A DNA stretch of 64,000 nucleotides from a virus. Taxonomy: Duplodnaviria > Heunggongvirae > Uroviricota > Caudoviricetes. Every line of letters begins with the position of its first letter. Within the stretch, counting starts at the first letter, position 1. The notes beneath the pieces were generated by a model. It was not told the DNA's origin and made no database searches. It saw nothing but the letters and a program-made list of their open reading frames with translations. A program made the translations under genes and the position numbers. This document shows, one piece after another, positions 36,669 to 44,355 of the stretch. The stretch is from positions 11,528-75,527 of the IMG/VR virus record IMGVR_UViG_3300028832_000129; one strand, written 5' to 3'.

Positions 36669-37273
36669 TGGGACGGCAAACCTTTAACGACACAGTCGCC
36701 TGTTAGGCGAACCGCCCGAGAGCATGTTCCTGCTGCCGTATAATTTTCCGGCGGACGCTCTAGGGGGTCAGCAAAATGATGCCGTGTGTTAGGACGCACT
36801 TGGCAGCATAGAGAAGGTGGTCTCCGGAGGCCGGCGGACTCAGTCCCTGTTTCCGGTATGTGCTCTAGGGTAACGGCCGAACATGAAATCCCGTGGGCCG
36901 ACCCGTGACGGGGAATTAACGAAAGTCACGGAAGGCCCGGCGTGATTCTCGCGGGAGACGGCTGTGTCATACGTTTAGGCGCAAAGGGAGTTCCTATTGA
37001 AACTTCCAACAACAGTGACTTACTCCCAGCGCTTGCTTTTAGACACCAAGGCGGTTCCTACCCAAAGCTTGGTCTGCAAAACCGATTTACCGCCAGTGTC
37101 GCTTTTAAATGTGTACCCGGACGTATTTTTCGTTGTGGGTTGATGATTTGTGCCAATCCGAGTACATGAATTTGCGTGCCCAAACGAAGTTCCTCGTTTG
37201 ATGGTTGACTTACTTCCCGGGCACGCATTTTGTTTGATGAGTGCTAGAACGGTTGCTGATTTAGTTCATCTTT

Positions 37274-37348
37274 GCTCTCGTCGTCTAATGGAATTAGGAT
37301 TACGAGAATCCGAATCTTGTGATAGCAGTTCGAATCTGCTCGAGAGTA
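37274..37348 (+). tRNA. tRNA-Arg(CCG)-like.
   Basis: Acceptor GCTCTCG/CGAGAGT (G1·U72). Glu-like D-arm. Anticodon arm CGAGA-ATCCGAA-TCTTG. T-arm AGCAG-TTCGAAT-CTGCT. Confidence 0.55.
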
Positions 37349-37371
37349 CTATATTACCGTAGGAGATTTCA

Positions 37372-38232
37372 ATGAAGCGGAAATATATGCAAGTTACCAA
37401 GCAGCATCCCAAATTTAGGGCACTGATTACGCCATATGATGACTATCATTCGGCTGGCCCACGATTAAAATCTGATGGCCGGATGTATATAGATATACTA
37501 AAGAATGAAACGGATTGCTTTCTCGGTATGCTATATGCTCGGTATTTATTGGAAGTGAAGTTAGGACGGCGCTTGAGGGATGGTTATGTAGTAGACCATA
37601 TCGATGGGTGTAGCTGGAATGATGATATGACGAATTTACAGGAAATTCCTGCTGCTGATAACGAAAGAAAGGGAATATCTGGAATTAGGCTAGACATGCA
37701 ACACGCTCGCACGTTCATACAGATAAAATGCCCTTGGTGTGGTACATGGTTTGAAAAGCAGAAAACATCTATTAACGGTAAATTATCGTTTTGCTCAAGG
37801 GCATGCGTGTCGAAATATTATAGGTCGGACCGGGCATGCAAAAATGAAACGCGTACTATGCGGGCCGTGCCTGCACCGGATAGCAGCATAGTTCCTAAAC
37901 GCTATTCTGTTCCGTTCGAACAAGTATCTACTGTGTATTTTTATAGTGTCCGTGTTCCGACGTGTCTATGCGGTAATCCGATTTCTTCGAAGTCAAGCAT
38001 ATACTGTGACCAATGCTTGGATATGAAGGTAAAAGCTACCGTGGAACAAGCTGATATGGAAAGAAAAGCTATTGCGGACCGTATACGGTTGATATATCAA
38101 GAAGAAGGCAAAGTGCCTATGTGCAAGCTAGCTGGATACATGGGTTATAGTGACAAAGGACTTGCGAAGGCAATACTTAGGTTATTCGGTAAGCCGCATA
38201 AAGAGGTAATCAATTCGATATGCGGAAAATGA
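37372..38232 (+). CDS. HNH endonuclease (AP2/HNH_3-like homing endonuclease).
   Basis: YVVDHIDGCSWNDDMTNLQEIPAADNERKG is an HNH motif. Multiple CxxC pairs follow. AT-rich gene adjacent to tRNAs. Confidence 0.65.
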   Translation: MKRKYMQVTKQHPKFRALITPYDDYHSAGPRLKSDGRMYIDILKNETDCFLGMLYARYLLEVKLGRRLRDGYVVDHIDGCSWNDDMTNLQEIPAADNERKGISGIRLDMQHARTFIQIKCPWCGTWFEKQKTSINGKLSFCSRACVSKYYRSDRACKNETRTMRAVPAPDSSIVPKRYSVPFEQVSTVYFYSVRVPTCLCGNPISSKSSIYCDQCLDMKVKATVEQADMERKAIADRIRLIYQEEGKVPMCKLAGYMGYSDKGLAKAILRLFGKPHKEVINSICGK

Positions 38233-38255
38233 TGACAAATAAAATTTTGGCGTAA

Positions 38256-38418
38256 GCAAGGCCGCTTGTACATGTATCCAGGTTCAGGTACTTCCTGCTC
38301 GAACATCAAGAACCGGGGCATACGCCATTACCATTAGAAAGGGTTGACATTGGCAAGGCCGCTTGTTCTGCATCCAGGTTCAGGTACTTCCTGCGAACAT
38401 CAAAATACGGGGCATGTG
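38256..38418. repeat. Pair of ~65-nt direct repeats (38256-38323 and 38353-38418) separated by a TTGACA-containing spacer.
   Basis: GCAAGGCCGCTTGT(A/T)C(A/T)TG(T/C)ATCCAGGTTCAGGTACTTCCTGC(TC)GAACATCAA(G/A)A..CGGGGCAT occurs twice. Confidence 0.6.
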
Positions 38419-38606
38419 TCACCAGTCCAGCCGGGAGGACGCTCCCGGACGTAGCTCCACCCTGACGCCGTTACCTCCCCTGGTAGAAAACACGGCTATA
38501 CGGGTTCCGACCCGCCTAAGGTACAATATGGCGGGGTGCCGGGCAACACCGGTATCGTATGGTGCGGACGGATTTCCGCTCTCCGGGTGTGTGAGCGGAA
38601 CCTTTT

Positions 38607-38679
38607 TCCGGCTTAGCTCAGCTGGTAGAGCACATCATTCGTAATGATGGGGTCCGCCGTTCGAGCCGGCGAGCCGGAG
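38607..38679 (+). tRNA. tRNA-Thr(CGT).
   Basis: TCCGGCTTAGCTCAGCTGGTAGAGCA CATCA-TTCGTAA-TGATG GGGTC CGCCG-TTCGAGC-CGGCG AGCCGGA. Confidence 0.85.
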
Positions 38680-38776
38680 CGAACATTGAGATAGAATGGC
38701 TACCGCGCGTCTGAGATTTCTGGATATTCGCGTGGCAAGTTCCTTGGCCCGACAGGAATCTAGGGTCATGCTCTTC

Positions 38777-39135
38777 GGGGGTGCTTGGTTTCGACTGGGC
38801 ATCGGACTGTGGAGACCTCACACGAAGTTGGTCTGTGGCTTCGTAAAAACGGACCGAAAAGATAAATGCTGACAATGCATTCGCCTACGCCGTTGCTGCT
38901 TAATCGGTAGCACGCCGTTGCCCGGGTCAAGTGGGATGAATAAAGCCCGGGACCAAGTAGATAAGTCCCGAATTTAGCCGTGAGTTACTGGTCGTAGACC
39001 GGCTATCTTACACTGGACCAGGACCCCTCAAGGATACATCTCCCCGGGCAACAGGTCAGGGCCCAAAACGATGGATTGTGATACGGTTGAAACGGAATGG
39101 CGTTTAGGACAGGGGTTCGACTCCCCTCACCTCCA
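38777..39135 (+). ncRNA. ssrA: tmRNA (transfer-messenger RNA).
   Basis: 5' GGGGGTGCTTGGTTTCGACTGGGC parallels E. coli GGGGCTGATTCTGGATTCGACGGG. 3' tRNA-like domain GGACAGGGGTTCGACTCCCCTCACCTCCA (T-arm plus acceptor pairing with the 5' GGGGGTG). Internal tag reading frame GCT GAC AAT GCA TTC GCC TAC GCC GTT GCT GCT TAA = ADNAFAYAVAA-stop at 38868-38903. Length 359 nt. Confidence 0.8.
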
Positions 39136-39380
39136 CGAAATTTACGTCCTGCTGCCGGTAGGACCGCCCTTCAGCACGGGGTAGAACGCGAGTACGACCA
39201 TGGGTGTGGCCGGCTTGCGCGAAGGCGGTGGACTAAAATCTTGGCACGATGCCATATCACCAATCCCACTCCGGGAAAGGTTGCAGGCGTGTAGCCGCGT
39301 ACCGGCCACGCGAGCGTAAAGCGGTAAGGGCCCGCTAATAGGCCCAGTGTGTTTGAAAAGTCTCGACGGTGATGAGGTAA

Positions 39381-39397
39381 TTGTCCTATATTTGAAT
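39381..39397 (+). promoter_or_regulatory. Promoter motif variant TTGTCCTATATTTGAAT.
   Basis: Matches the TATATTTG core inside the ORF-free region between the tmRNA and the next tRNA block. Confidence 0.35.
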
Positions 39398-39847
39398 ATG
39401 GCGTAGTCTGGCTCATTTAGAAGCCATAAAACATACCAAATCAACACTTTGGGTGGACATCGCCTAGCATAAGTTGCGGAACAGTGGCTAGGGTAACTTT
39501 CTGGTAATCCTAGTAATGCGCCGTCGAGACTCTTAGTTTGGGTGTACCCGTGATTAGCCTAGGTTTAAATTGCGGGAGCCCATTAGGGACGCGCCGGGTA
39601 TGCACCGGCAAGCCCCGACGTCGGGTGCGCCCGTCGAAACGACGTAAAACAAGACAGAGTGCGGCTACGTCCTGGTAACGTGGAGCATTAAGGACCCGTT
39701 GGCCACACTGGTTACAGTGGCCTAGCCGGCTGGGAGTTAGCCGGATGGTTTCCGCATCGGCGGAATGAGTACAGTCCCCGCAAGGACACCGAGAGGGAAC
39801 TGGGCGATGACGCGTTCTAGAAGCTAGGATATCGCCGTTCCCACCAT

Positions 39848-39924
39848 GTTGCGGTAGCTTAATGGTTAGCGCATGCCTGGACTGCAGCCGGCATGAGATG
39901 GTGGTCCGAATCCACCCCGTGACA
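39848..39924 (+). tRNA. tRNA-like gene with an extended or bulged anticodon stem. Identity unresolved.
   Basis: Acceptor GTTGCGG/CCGTGAC (two G·U). D-arm TAGCTTAATGGTTAGC. T-arm GGTGG-TCCGAAT-CCACC. Central CATGCC(T)GG-ACTGCAG-CCGGCATG helix. Confidence 0.35.
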
Positions 39925-39938
39925 CTAACAGAAATTTT

Positions 39939-40014
39939 GGACCGGTAGCTCAGTTGGTCTTAGAGCAGCTGACTCATAACCAGCGGGTCCCTGGTTCAAA
40001 TCCAGGCCGGTCCA
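39939..40014 (+). tRNA. tRNA-Met(CAT), elongator or lysidine-Ile type.
   Basis: Perfect acceptor GGACCGG/CCGGTCC. Anticodon arm GCTGA-CTCATAA-CCAGC. T-arm CCTGG-TTCAAAT-CCAGG. Confidence 0.8.
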
Positions 40015-40024
40015 CTACTGTTTC

Positions 40025-40100
40025 GCCTCCTTAGCTCAGTAGGATTTAGAGCGTCGCGCTACGAACGCGGAGGTCCCAGGTTCGAGCCCTGGAGGAGGTA
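40025..40100 (+). tRNA. tRNA-Arg(ACG).
   Basis: GCCTCCTTAGCTCAGTAGGATTTAGAGCG TCGCG-CTACGAA-CGCGG AGGTC CCAGG-TTCGAGC-CCTGG AGGAGGT. Confidence 0.8.
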
Positions 40101-40313
40101 CTAAAATCCTGGTCTTCTAAATGAGCCTACGCTAAAAACGGGGGTGCTTAGGAATCCGGCGGCAGATGGGCGGGCGACGGCCGGCCAAATACCGCGGGCG
40201 ATGCTGGTTCTACTAACTCCAGCGCAGGTCGCGTTTCATGGTGCGCATAGCTCAACTGGTAGAGCCACGGCTTGTGGAGCCGTACGTTGTCGGTTCGAAA
40301 CCGGCTGTGCACC
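40040..40313 (+). tRNA. tRNA-His(GTG), with an encoded G-1.
   Basis: G-GTGCGCA TA GCTC AACTGGTA GAGC C ACGGC-TTGTGGA-GCCGT ... GTCGG-TTCGAAA-CCGGC TGTGCAC C. The extra 5' G pairs with the C73 discriminator, as is typical of tRNA-His. Confidence 0.85.
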
Positions 40314-40329
40314 CTACACTTCTCATCTT

Positions 40330-40402
40330 GTCTCGATAGTTAAACAGGATATAACTAGTCCCTCCTAAGGACTGATTCCACGTTCGAGTCGTGGTCGGGA
40401 TA
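40330..40402 (+). tRNA. tRNA-Arg(CCT).
   Basis: Acceptor GTCTCGA/TCGGGAT (two G·U). Anticodon arm AGTCC-CTCCTAA-GGACT. T-arm CCACG-TTCGAGT-CGTGG. Confidence 0.75.
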
Positions 40403-40413
40403 CTAAGACATAA

Positions 40414-40502
40414 GGAGGGTTGGCAGAGTTGGTCTATCGCACCCCGGTGCTAACGGGGAGGGGCCCAAAAAGCCCCCACAGGTTCGAATCCTGTACCCTC
40501 CT
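40414..40502 (+). tRNA. tRNA-Ser(GCT), class II.
   Basis: Acceptor GGAGGGT/ACCCTCC. Anticodon arm CCCCG-GTGCTAA-CGGGG. Long variable arm AGGGGCCCAAAAAGCCCCC. T-arm ACAGG-TTCGAAT-CCTGT. Confidence 0.85.
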
Positions 40503-40534
40503 CTACAGAATAAACTTCGTAACTGGAGTAAATT

Positions 40535-40831
40535 ATGGACATCACGTCGTTTTCTATATGGAAATTCAGGTTTATCGAAGGGTACCTGCAGGATATGCAC
40601 GCGTACGACGTGCATACCACGAAGTATGTCGACCACCGGACGTCGGATACAGCATGGATTAGGTATGACACCGCCAAGGATGTCGCCACTATCGAGCGGG
40701 AGGGCCTCACGCTGGACTGCAAGTTCGGCGAACTTGAAAAGACACTGAAGGACCTCGGGATGTACCGGGAGCGGCCATTGGGCGAGAGACACAGCCTGGC
40801 CGGACCGCAGCATGACGAGGAGAAACCGTAG
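40535..40831 (+). CDS. Hypothetical protein, 98 aa.
   Basis: Intact ORF following the tRNA block. Two further tiny ORFs (28-aa basic peptide at 40850-40936; ~53-aa Cys-rich zinc-ribbon-like peptide from ~40953) follow and are not listed separately. Confidence 0.4.
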   Translation: MDITSFSIWKFRFIEGYLQDMHAYDVHTTKYVDHRTSDTAWIRYDTAKDVATIEREGLTLDCKFGELEKTLKDLGMYRERPLGERHSLAGPQHDEEKP

Positions 40832-41124
40832 AGGTATCAATGAAAGGCGTATCACTAAAGTCAAACCCCGCGTTCGAGCGGGCTTTGAAGCGTTTCCTGC
40901 GGGAGCAGAAACGGAAGAAAAAGTAGCATGGCGGAGGACCTATGGTAACATGCGATATTTGCGGGGAACCGCGTGAGTGCAAGATGTACAGGTGCACGTT
41001 CGGCCAGTATACCGAATTCATGTGCCTCTGTGACGATTGCGTGAAGGTGCAGGAGAAGGAAGGCCCGGTTGTCGAGGACAAGTCGTGCAGCCCGGGATAT
41101 TAACCAATCAAAAAGGAGTCTACC

Positions 41125-41382
41125 ATGACCAAAGAAGAAGTTTCCAAGAAGGTTATCGCGCACATCGCACGACTTCTCGGCATGCAACAGCATGAAGTGA
41201 AGCCCGAGAGCCTCGTAGGAGCTGACCTCGGGGCCGATTCACTCGACCTGGTAGAGATTGTCATGGCGGTCGAGGACGAATTCGAAATCGAGGTTCTCGA
41301 CAGCGAGATGGCAATGCTTTCGACCGTGCAGGACTGGATTAACCTGGCCGCCGAAAAGGTCGGCGCACAAAATAAAGATTAA
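41125..41382 (+). CDS. Acyl carrier protein.
   Basis: AAAAGGAG RBS. DLGADSLDLVEIVMAVEDEFEIE is the canonical ACP helix II with the phosphopantetheinylated Ser in the DSL motif. 85 aa. Confidence 0.8.
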   Translation: MTKEEVSKKVIAHIARLLGMQQHEVKPESLVGADLGADSLDLVEIVMAVEDEFEIEVLDSEMAMLSTVQDWINLAAEKVGAQNKD

Positions 41383-41387
41383 GGACG

Positions 41388-41461
41388 CGGGGTGTAGCTC
41401 AGCCTGGTAGAGCGCATGCCTTGGGCGCATGAGGCCGTGGGTTCGAATCCCGCTACCCCGA
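41388..41461 (+). tRNA. tRNA-Pro(TGG).
   Basis: C1-G72 acceptor CGGGGTG/TACCCCG. Anticodon arm CATGC-CTTGGGC-GCATG. T-arm GTGGG-TTCGAAT-CCCGC. Confidence 0.8.
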
Positions 41462-41753
41462 GTATCCCACAGAATTTTCGCGCCGATTCCCCTAGAATAT
41501 TCACCCGGCGCGAACATGGGAGCCCGACCATGGATAAGACGGGCAGCATTGAGATTGCCGCCGCATTGATTAAATTGGGTTCAAGTCCCGGCGGTCGGGA
41601 AAGTGTACGCGAGTCCACCGGTACCGGCAGCCAAGAAGGAAACAGGATTCCCGGCGGCATGGCACTAAACTGTCTGCCACAGAAATGACGGTGAGACCTT
41701 CGGCAGTTAATACGGGAAAGTCCAGGAGATGTCTTTTGGTAAAGCTGCCATTT

Positions 41754-41826
41754 TCCGGTGTAGCTCAGTTGGTAGAGCACCCGATTTGTAATCGGGCGGT
41801 CGGGAGTTCGAGCCTCTCCACCGGAG
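41754..41826 (+). tRNA. tRNA-Thr(TGT).
   Basis: TCCGGTGTAGCTCAGTTGGTAGAGCA CCCGA-TTTGTAA-TCGGG CGGTC GGGAG-TTCGAGC-CTCTC CACCGGA. Confidence 0.85.
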
Positions 41827-41835
41827 CTAACTTAT

Positions 41836-41908
41836 GGCCTCGTCGAATAATGGCTAGTTCGCTGCCCTCTCAAGGCGGAAATTCGGGTTCGAAACCCGAC
41901 GTGGCTAC
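41836..41908 (+). tRNA. tRNA-Glu(CTC), copy 1.
   Basis: Glu-type D-arm TCGAATAATGGCTAGTTC. Anticodon arm CTGCC-CTCTCAA-GGCGG. T-arm TCGGG-TTCGAAA-CCCGA. Acceptor GGCCTCG/CGTGGCT with one mismatch. Confidence 0.6.
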
Positions 41909-41931
41909 TACAGGAAAACAAGCTAATTTAT

Positions 41932-42004
41932 GGCTCCGTCGAATAACGGTTCAGTTCGTCGCCCTCTCAAGGCGGAAATTCGGGTTCGAGTCCCGACGGG
42001 GCTA
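41932..42004 (+). tRNA. tRNA-Glu(CTC), copy 2 (tandem near-duplicate).
   Basis: GGCTCCGTCGAATAACGGTTCAGTTCG TCGCC-CTCTCAA-GGCGG AAAT TCGGG-TTCGAGT-CCCGA CGGGGCT. Confidence 0.6.
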
Positions 42005-42020
42005 CTAAGGAGAAAACACG

Positions 42021-42494
42021 ATGCATACATTGCACTTGATGATTGGCATTCCCGGGTGCGGCAAGTCTACGTACGCCAGGAAACTCGCGGAGTATACCGG
42101 GGGACGCATAGTGTCGTCCGACGGAATCCGCAAGGAGCTCACGGGTACCGAAGAATACCTGTATCCCGAGCTGAACACGAAGGTGTTCGGCATTTTCGAG
42201 TCCCGGGTCGCGGAATGGATTAAGGACACCGACGTGATAGCGGACGCCACCAACATACACGTGAAGGACTGGAAGAAGTACGTCGGCCTGTGCCCGGAAG
42301 GGACCGTGGCCAAGGCTTACTGGTTCCTCGTAGGTCCGGACATAGCCATGGAGAGGATGGAAGGGCGCGACCGCAAGGTCCCGAGGGAAGTCGTTGAGCG
42401 CATGTGGGAAACCATGTTCCAGAACAGGAAGTACCTCCCGGAATATTTCAAGGAAGGCTGCATACAGATAATCAATCCGGACGAAAAGATATAG
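42021..42494 (+). CDS. P-loop polynucleotide-kinase-like protein (AAA_33/PNK family).
   Basis: AGGAGAAAACACGATG RBS. Walker A MIGIPGCGKSTYA followed by SSDGIRKEL, as in the T4 Pnk kinase domain. 157 aa kinase-only architecture. Adjacent to the tRNA genes. Confidence 0.55.
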   Translation: MHTLHLMIGIPGCGKSTYARKLAEYTGGRIVSSDGIRKELTGTEEYLYPELNTKVFGIFESRVAEWIKDTDVIADATNIHVKDWKKYVGLCPEGTVAKAYWFLVGPDIAMERMEGRDRKVPREVVERMWETMFQNRKYLPEYFKEGCIQIINPDEKI

Positions 42495-42518
42495 TTTGTT
42501 GGCAAAAGAGAGGTTACA

Positions 42519-42707
42519 ATGAAGAAGCACAAGACGGAATTCGTGGAAGAGACAGAAGAACAGAAGCAGGCCCGCTGGGACAAGCAGAAGAAGGCTGCCA
42601 GGGGCATGGCCAAGCTGTGCGGCATCGACCTCAAGAAGCTCGCCAAGGAACGTGAACGCAATTACCGGGAGAAGATGTCCCTGAACGGCTCCCGATACAG
42701 TTACTAG
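42519..42707 (+). CDS. Small basic hypothetical protein, 62 aa.
   Basis: AGAGAGGTTACAATG RBS. Lys/Arg-rich. Confidence 0.35.
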   Translation: MKKHKTEFVEETEEQKQARWDKQKKAARGMAKLCGIDLKKLAKERERNYREKMSLNGSRYSY

Positions 42708-42715
42708 GGACTACC

Positions 42716-42798
42716 GGAGGGTTAGGCTAACTGGTAAGTCAGCGGTCTTGAAAACCGCCGCGGGAAACTGCTTGGGGGTTCGAGTCCCTCACCCTCCG
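42716..42798 (+). tRNA. tRNA-Ser(TGA), class II.
   Basis: Acceptor GGAGGGT/ACCCTCC. Anticodon arm GCGGT-CTTGAAA-ACCGC. Long variable arm. T-arm GGGGG-TTCGAGT-CCCTC. Confidence 0.8.
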
Positions 42799-42835
42799 CG
42801 AATTTTACGCATCCGGAACTGTCCGTAAATTTCCA

Positions 42836-43669
42836 ATGAAAGTCCTATTCATATCAGACCTGCACCTCGACTCATATACGTGTCTTACCGACAACGAGTC
42901 CATACTGCAGACGGCCTACGCCGTATTCGTCAACCGGTTCCTTACTCCGGCTGACGCTATTTGTATAGCGGGGGACCTGGCAAACTATGAAGGACTCGAG
43001 GTATCGTTCCTCAAATTCATCGCTCCACTTTACAAGAAGGTATATTTCGTACACGGTAACCATGACCTTGTAGTCAAGAGGGAATATCCCGGTAGACGCT
43101 TTGATACAAGCGAGGAACGCAAGGCATACGTGCAGGAAAACCTATCAGGACTAAAGAATGTCTTTATACTTGATGGCACCGTGTCCAATGATGGGATTGT
43201 TGGCGGAACAATGGGCATGTGCGACCTGTCCTATCGGCCACCCGAGGAGGAATCGTTCGACGCGTACGATTTCTGGTGCAAGAGATGGTTCGACGGACGC
43301 ACGTGGAACTACTGCAACCAGGTGCTCCCGGATATCATGCGACGGGAATTCGACAACCTGGAACGGATATGCATGGCGAAGCCGAAGATAGTCATGACCC
43401 ATTTTTGCCCGATGCAGATGGGCGTGGCGGACGAGTTCAAGGCGGACCCGAAGACCTCGCTGTTCTATTTCGAGGCTGCGAAATACCTGGACATGCTCGA
43501 TGACGGAACGATATGGGTATGCGGCCATACCCATGGGCAGCATGACGTTACGCATGTCAATTCCAGCGGTAACCGCATCAGAATCATATGCAATCCACTG
43601 GGCATGCCGGAGGAAAAGAACGCATTTGCCCTATGCAGGGATGCTGGAGTGTATCTTGTGGACGTCTAA
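42836..43669 (+). CDS. Calcineurin-like metallophosphoesterase.
   Basis: Motifs FISDLHLD (DxH), IAGDLAN (GD) and FVHGNHD (GNHD/E) in canonical order. 277 aa. An RNA-end healing role is inferred from the neighbouring genes only. Confidence 0.7.
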   Translation: MKVLFISDLHLDSYTCLTDNESILQTAYAVFVNRFLTPADAICIAGDLANYEGLEVSFLKFIAPLYKKVYFVHGNHDLVVKREYPGRRFDTSEERKAYVQENLSGLKNVFILDGTVSNDGIVGGTMGMCDLSYRPPEEESFDAYDFWCKRWFDGRTWNYCNQVLPDIMRREFDNLERICMAKPKIVMTHFCPMQMGVADEFKADPKTSLFYFEAAKYLDMLDDGTIWVCGHTHGQHDVTHVNSSGNRIRIICNPLGMPEEKNAFALCRDAGVYLVDV

Positions 43670-43677
43670 CGGCGTCC

Positions 43678-43695
43678 ATTTTTGCTATATTTGTA
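43678..43695 (+). promoter_or_regulatory. Phage promoter motif ATTTTTGCTATATTTGTAG.
   Basis: Follows the weak hairpin GGACGTC-taac-GGCGTCC. Lies 14 nt upstream of the 43709 gene. Confidence 0.5.
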
Positions 43696-43708
43696 GACGG
43701 AGAAACCA

Positions 43709-43978
43709 ATGAAGAAGATGCTGGACTTTCTTGACCGCGCAGAGACATTTCTTGAACAGGCGTTCATAATTTTCGTTGCATGTGCAATGTTCGTAGCCAT
43801 ACTTACCGGGTGTGACTGTAATTGCGGCCCGAAGGGAACACTGATGCTTCGCGATGGGAACGGGGGCTACAGCTACGTATGCCATGGACGCTATTATGCA
43901 GTCAAACATAACCCGAGATTCAGGTGTGACGACGGACGAGAAATCCTGAACCCAACAAACTTCATATTGGAGAAATAG
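43709..43978 (+). CDS. Small secreted or membrane-anchored Cys-rich protein, 89 aa.
   Basis: Hydrophobic N-terminus FIIFVACAMFVAILTGCDCNCG. Confidence 0.4.
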   Translation: MKKMLDFLDRAETFLEQAFIIFVACAMFVAILTGCDCNCGPKGTLMLRDGNGGYSYVCHGRYYAVKHNPRFRCDDGREILNPTNFILEK

Positions 43979-43988
43979 AGGATAGCTT

Positions 43989-44333
43989 ATGGATATCAAC
44001 GTATTACAACTTTCGTTCTGGATTCTGGCCGTCGTATATCTGGTTGCCGCATTCGTTGCTGTACTGAAGAAGGGCAAGGAAGCCGAATTCATTACGAAGA
44101 AGCAGGTAGTTCTTTTGAAAGTGACTGCCGCAGTTATCAACCTGGCATTTTGCGTGGTCATGATAGTTCTATCTATATACCACGACACCATGGCCGGGAC
44201 TATAGGTGGGGTATTGTTCGCAATACTTACCGGGTTTGCGGTTTCGGAGGCTCGGCAGAAAGGTTCTATGTGGCAAGCCGTTGGGTACTTGCTGGTGCTG
44301 GTGCTCATTGTAGCCGGACTTCTTCAACATTAA
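43989..44333 (+). CDS. Integral membrane protein, 114 aa.
   Basis: Four predicted TM helices (ILAVVYLVAAFVAVL, VTAAVINLAFCVVMIVL, IGGVLFAILTGFAV, AVGYLLVLVLIVAGLL). Confidence 0.5.
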   Translation: MDINVLQLSFWILAVVYLVAAFVAVLKKGKEAEFITKKQVVLLKVTAAVINLAFCVVMIVLSIYHDTMAGTIGGVLFAILTGFAVSEARQKGSMWQAVGYLLVLVLIVAGLLQH

Positions 44334-44355
44334 CAAATAAAACCAAGGAATAACT

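Noticed and set aside
39136-39847. RNase P RNA or a group I intron in the ORF-free stretch after the tmRNA
   Set aside because: No matches by eye to the conserved RNase P P4 motifs (GGAAAGTCCGG / ACAGAA) or to group I P7 and P3 pairings. Left as unclassified structured RNA.
42836-43669. Mre11/SbcD identity for the metallophosphoesterase
   Set aside because: The protein is only 277 aa, lacks the C-terminal capping domain, and has no adjacent Rad50/SbcC ATPase. A generic phosphoesterase call is retained.
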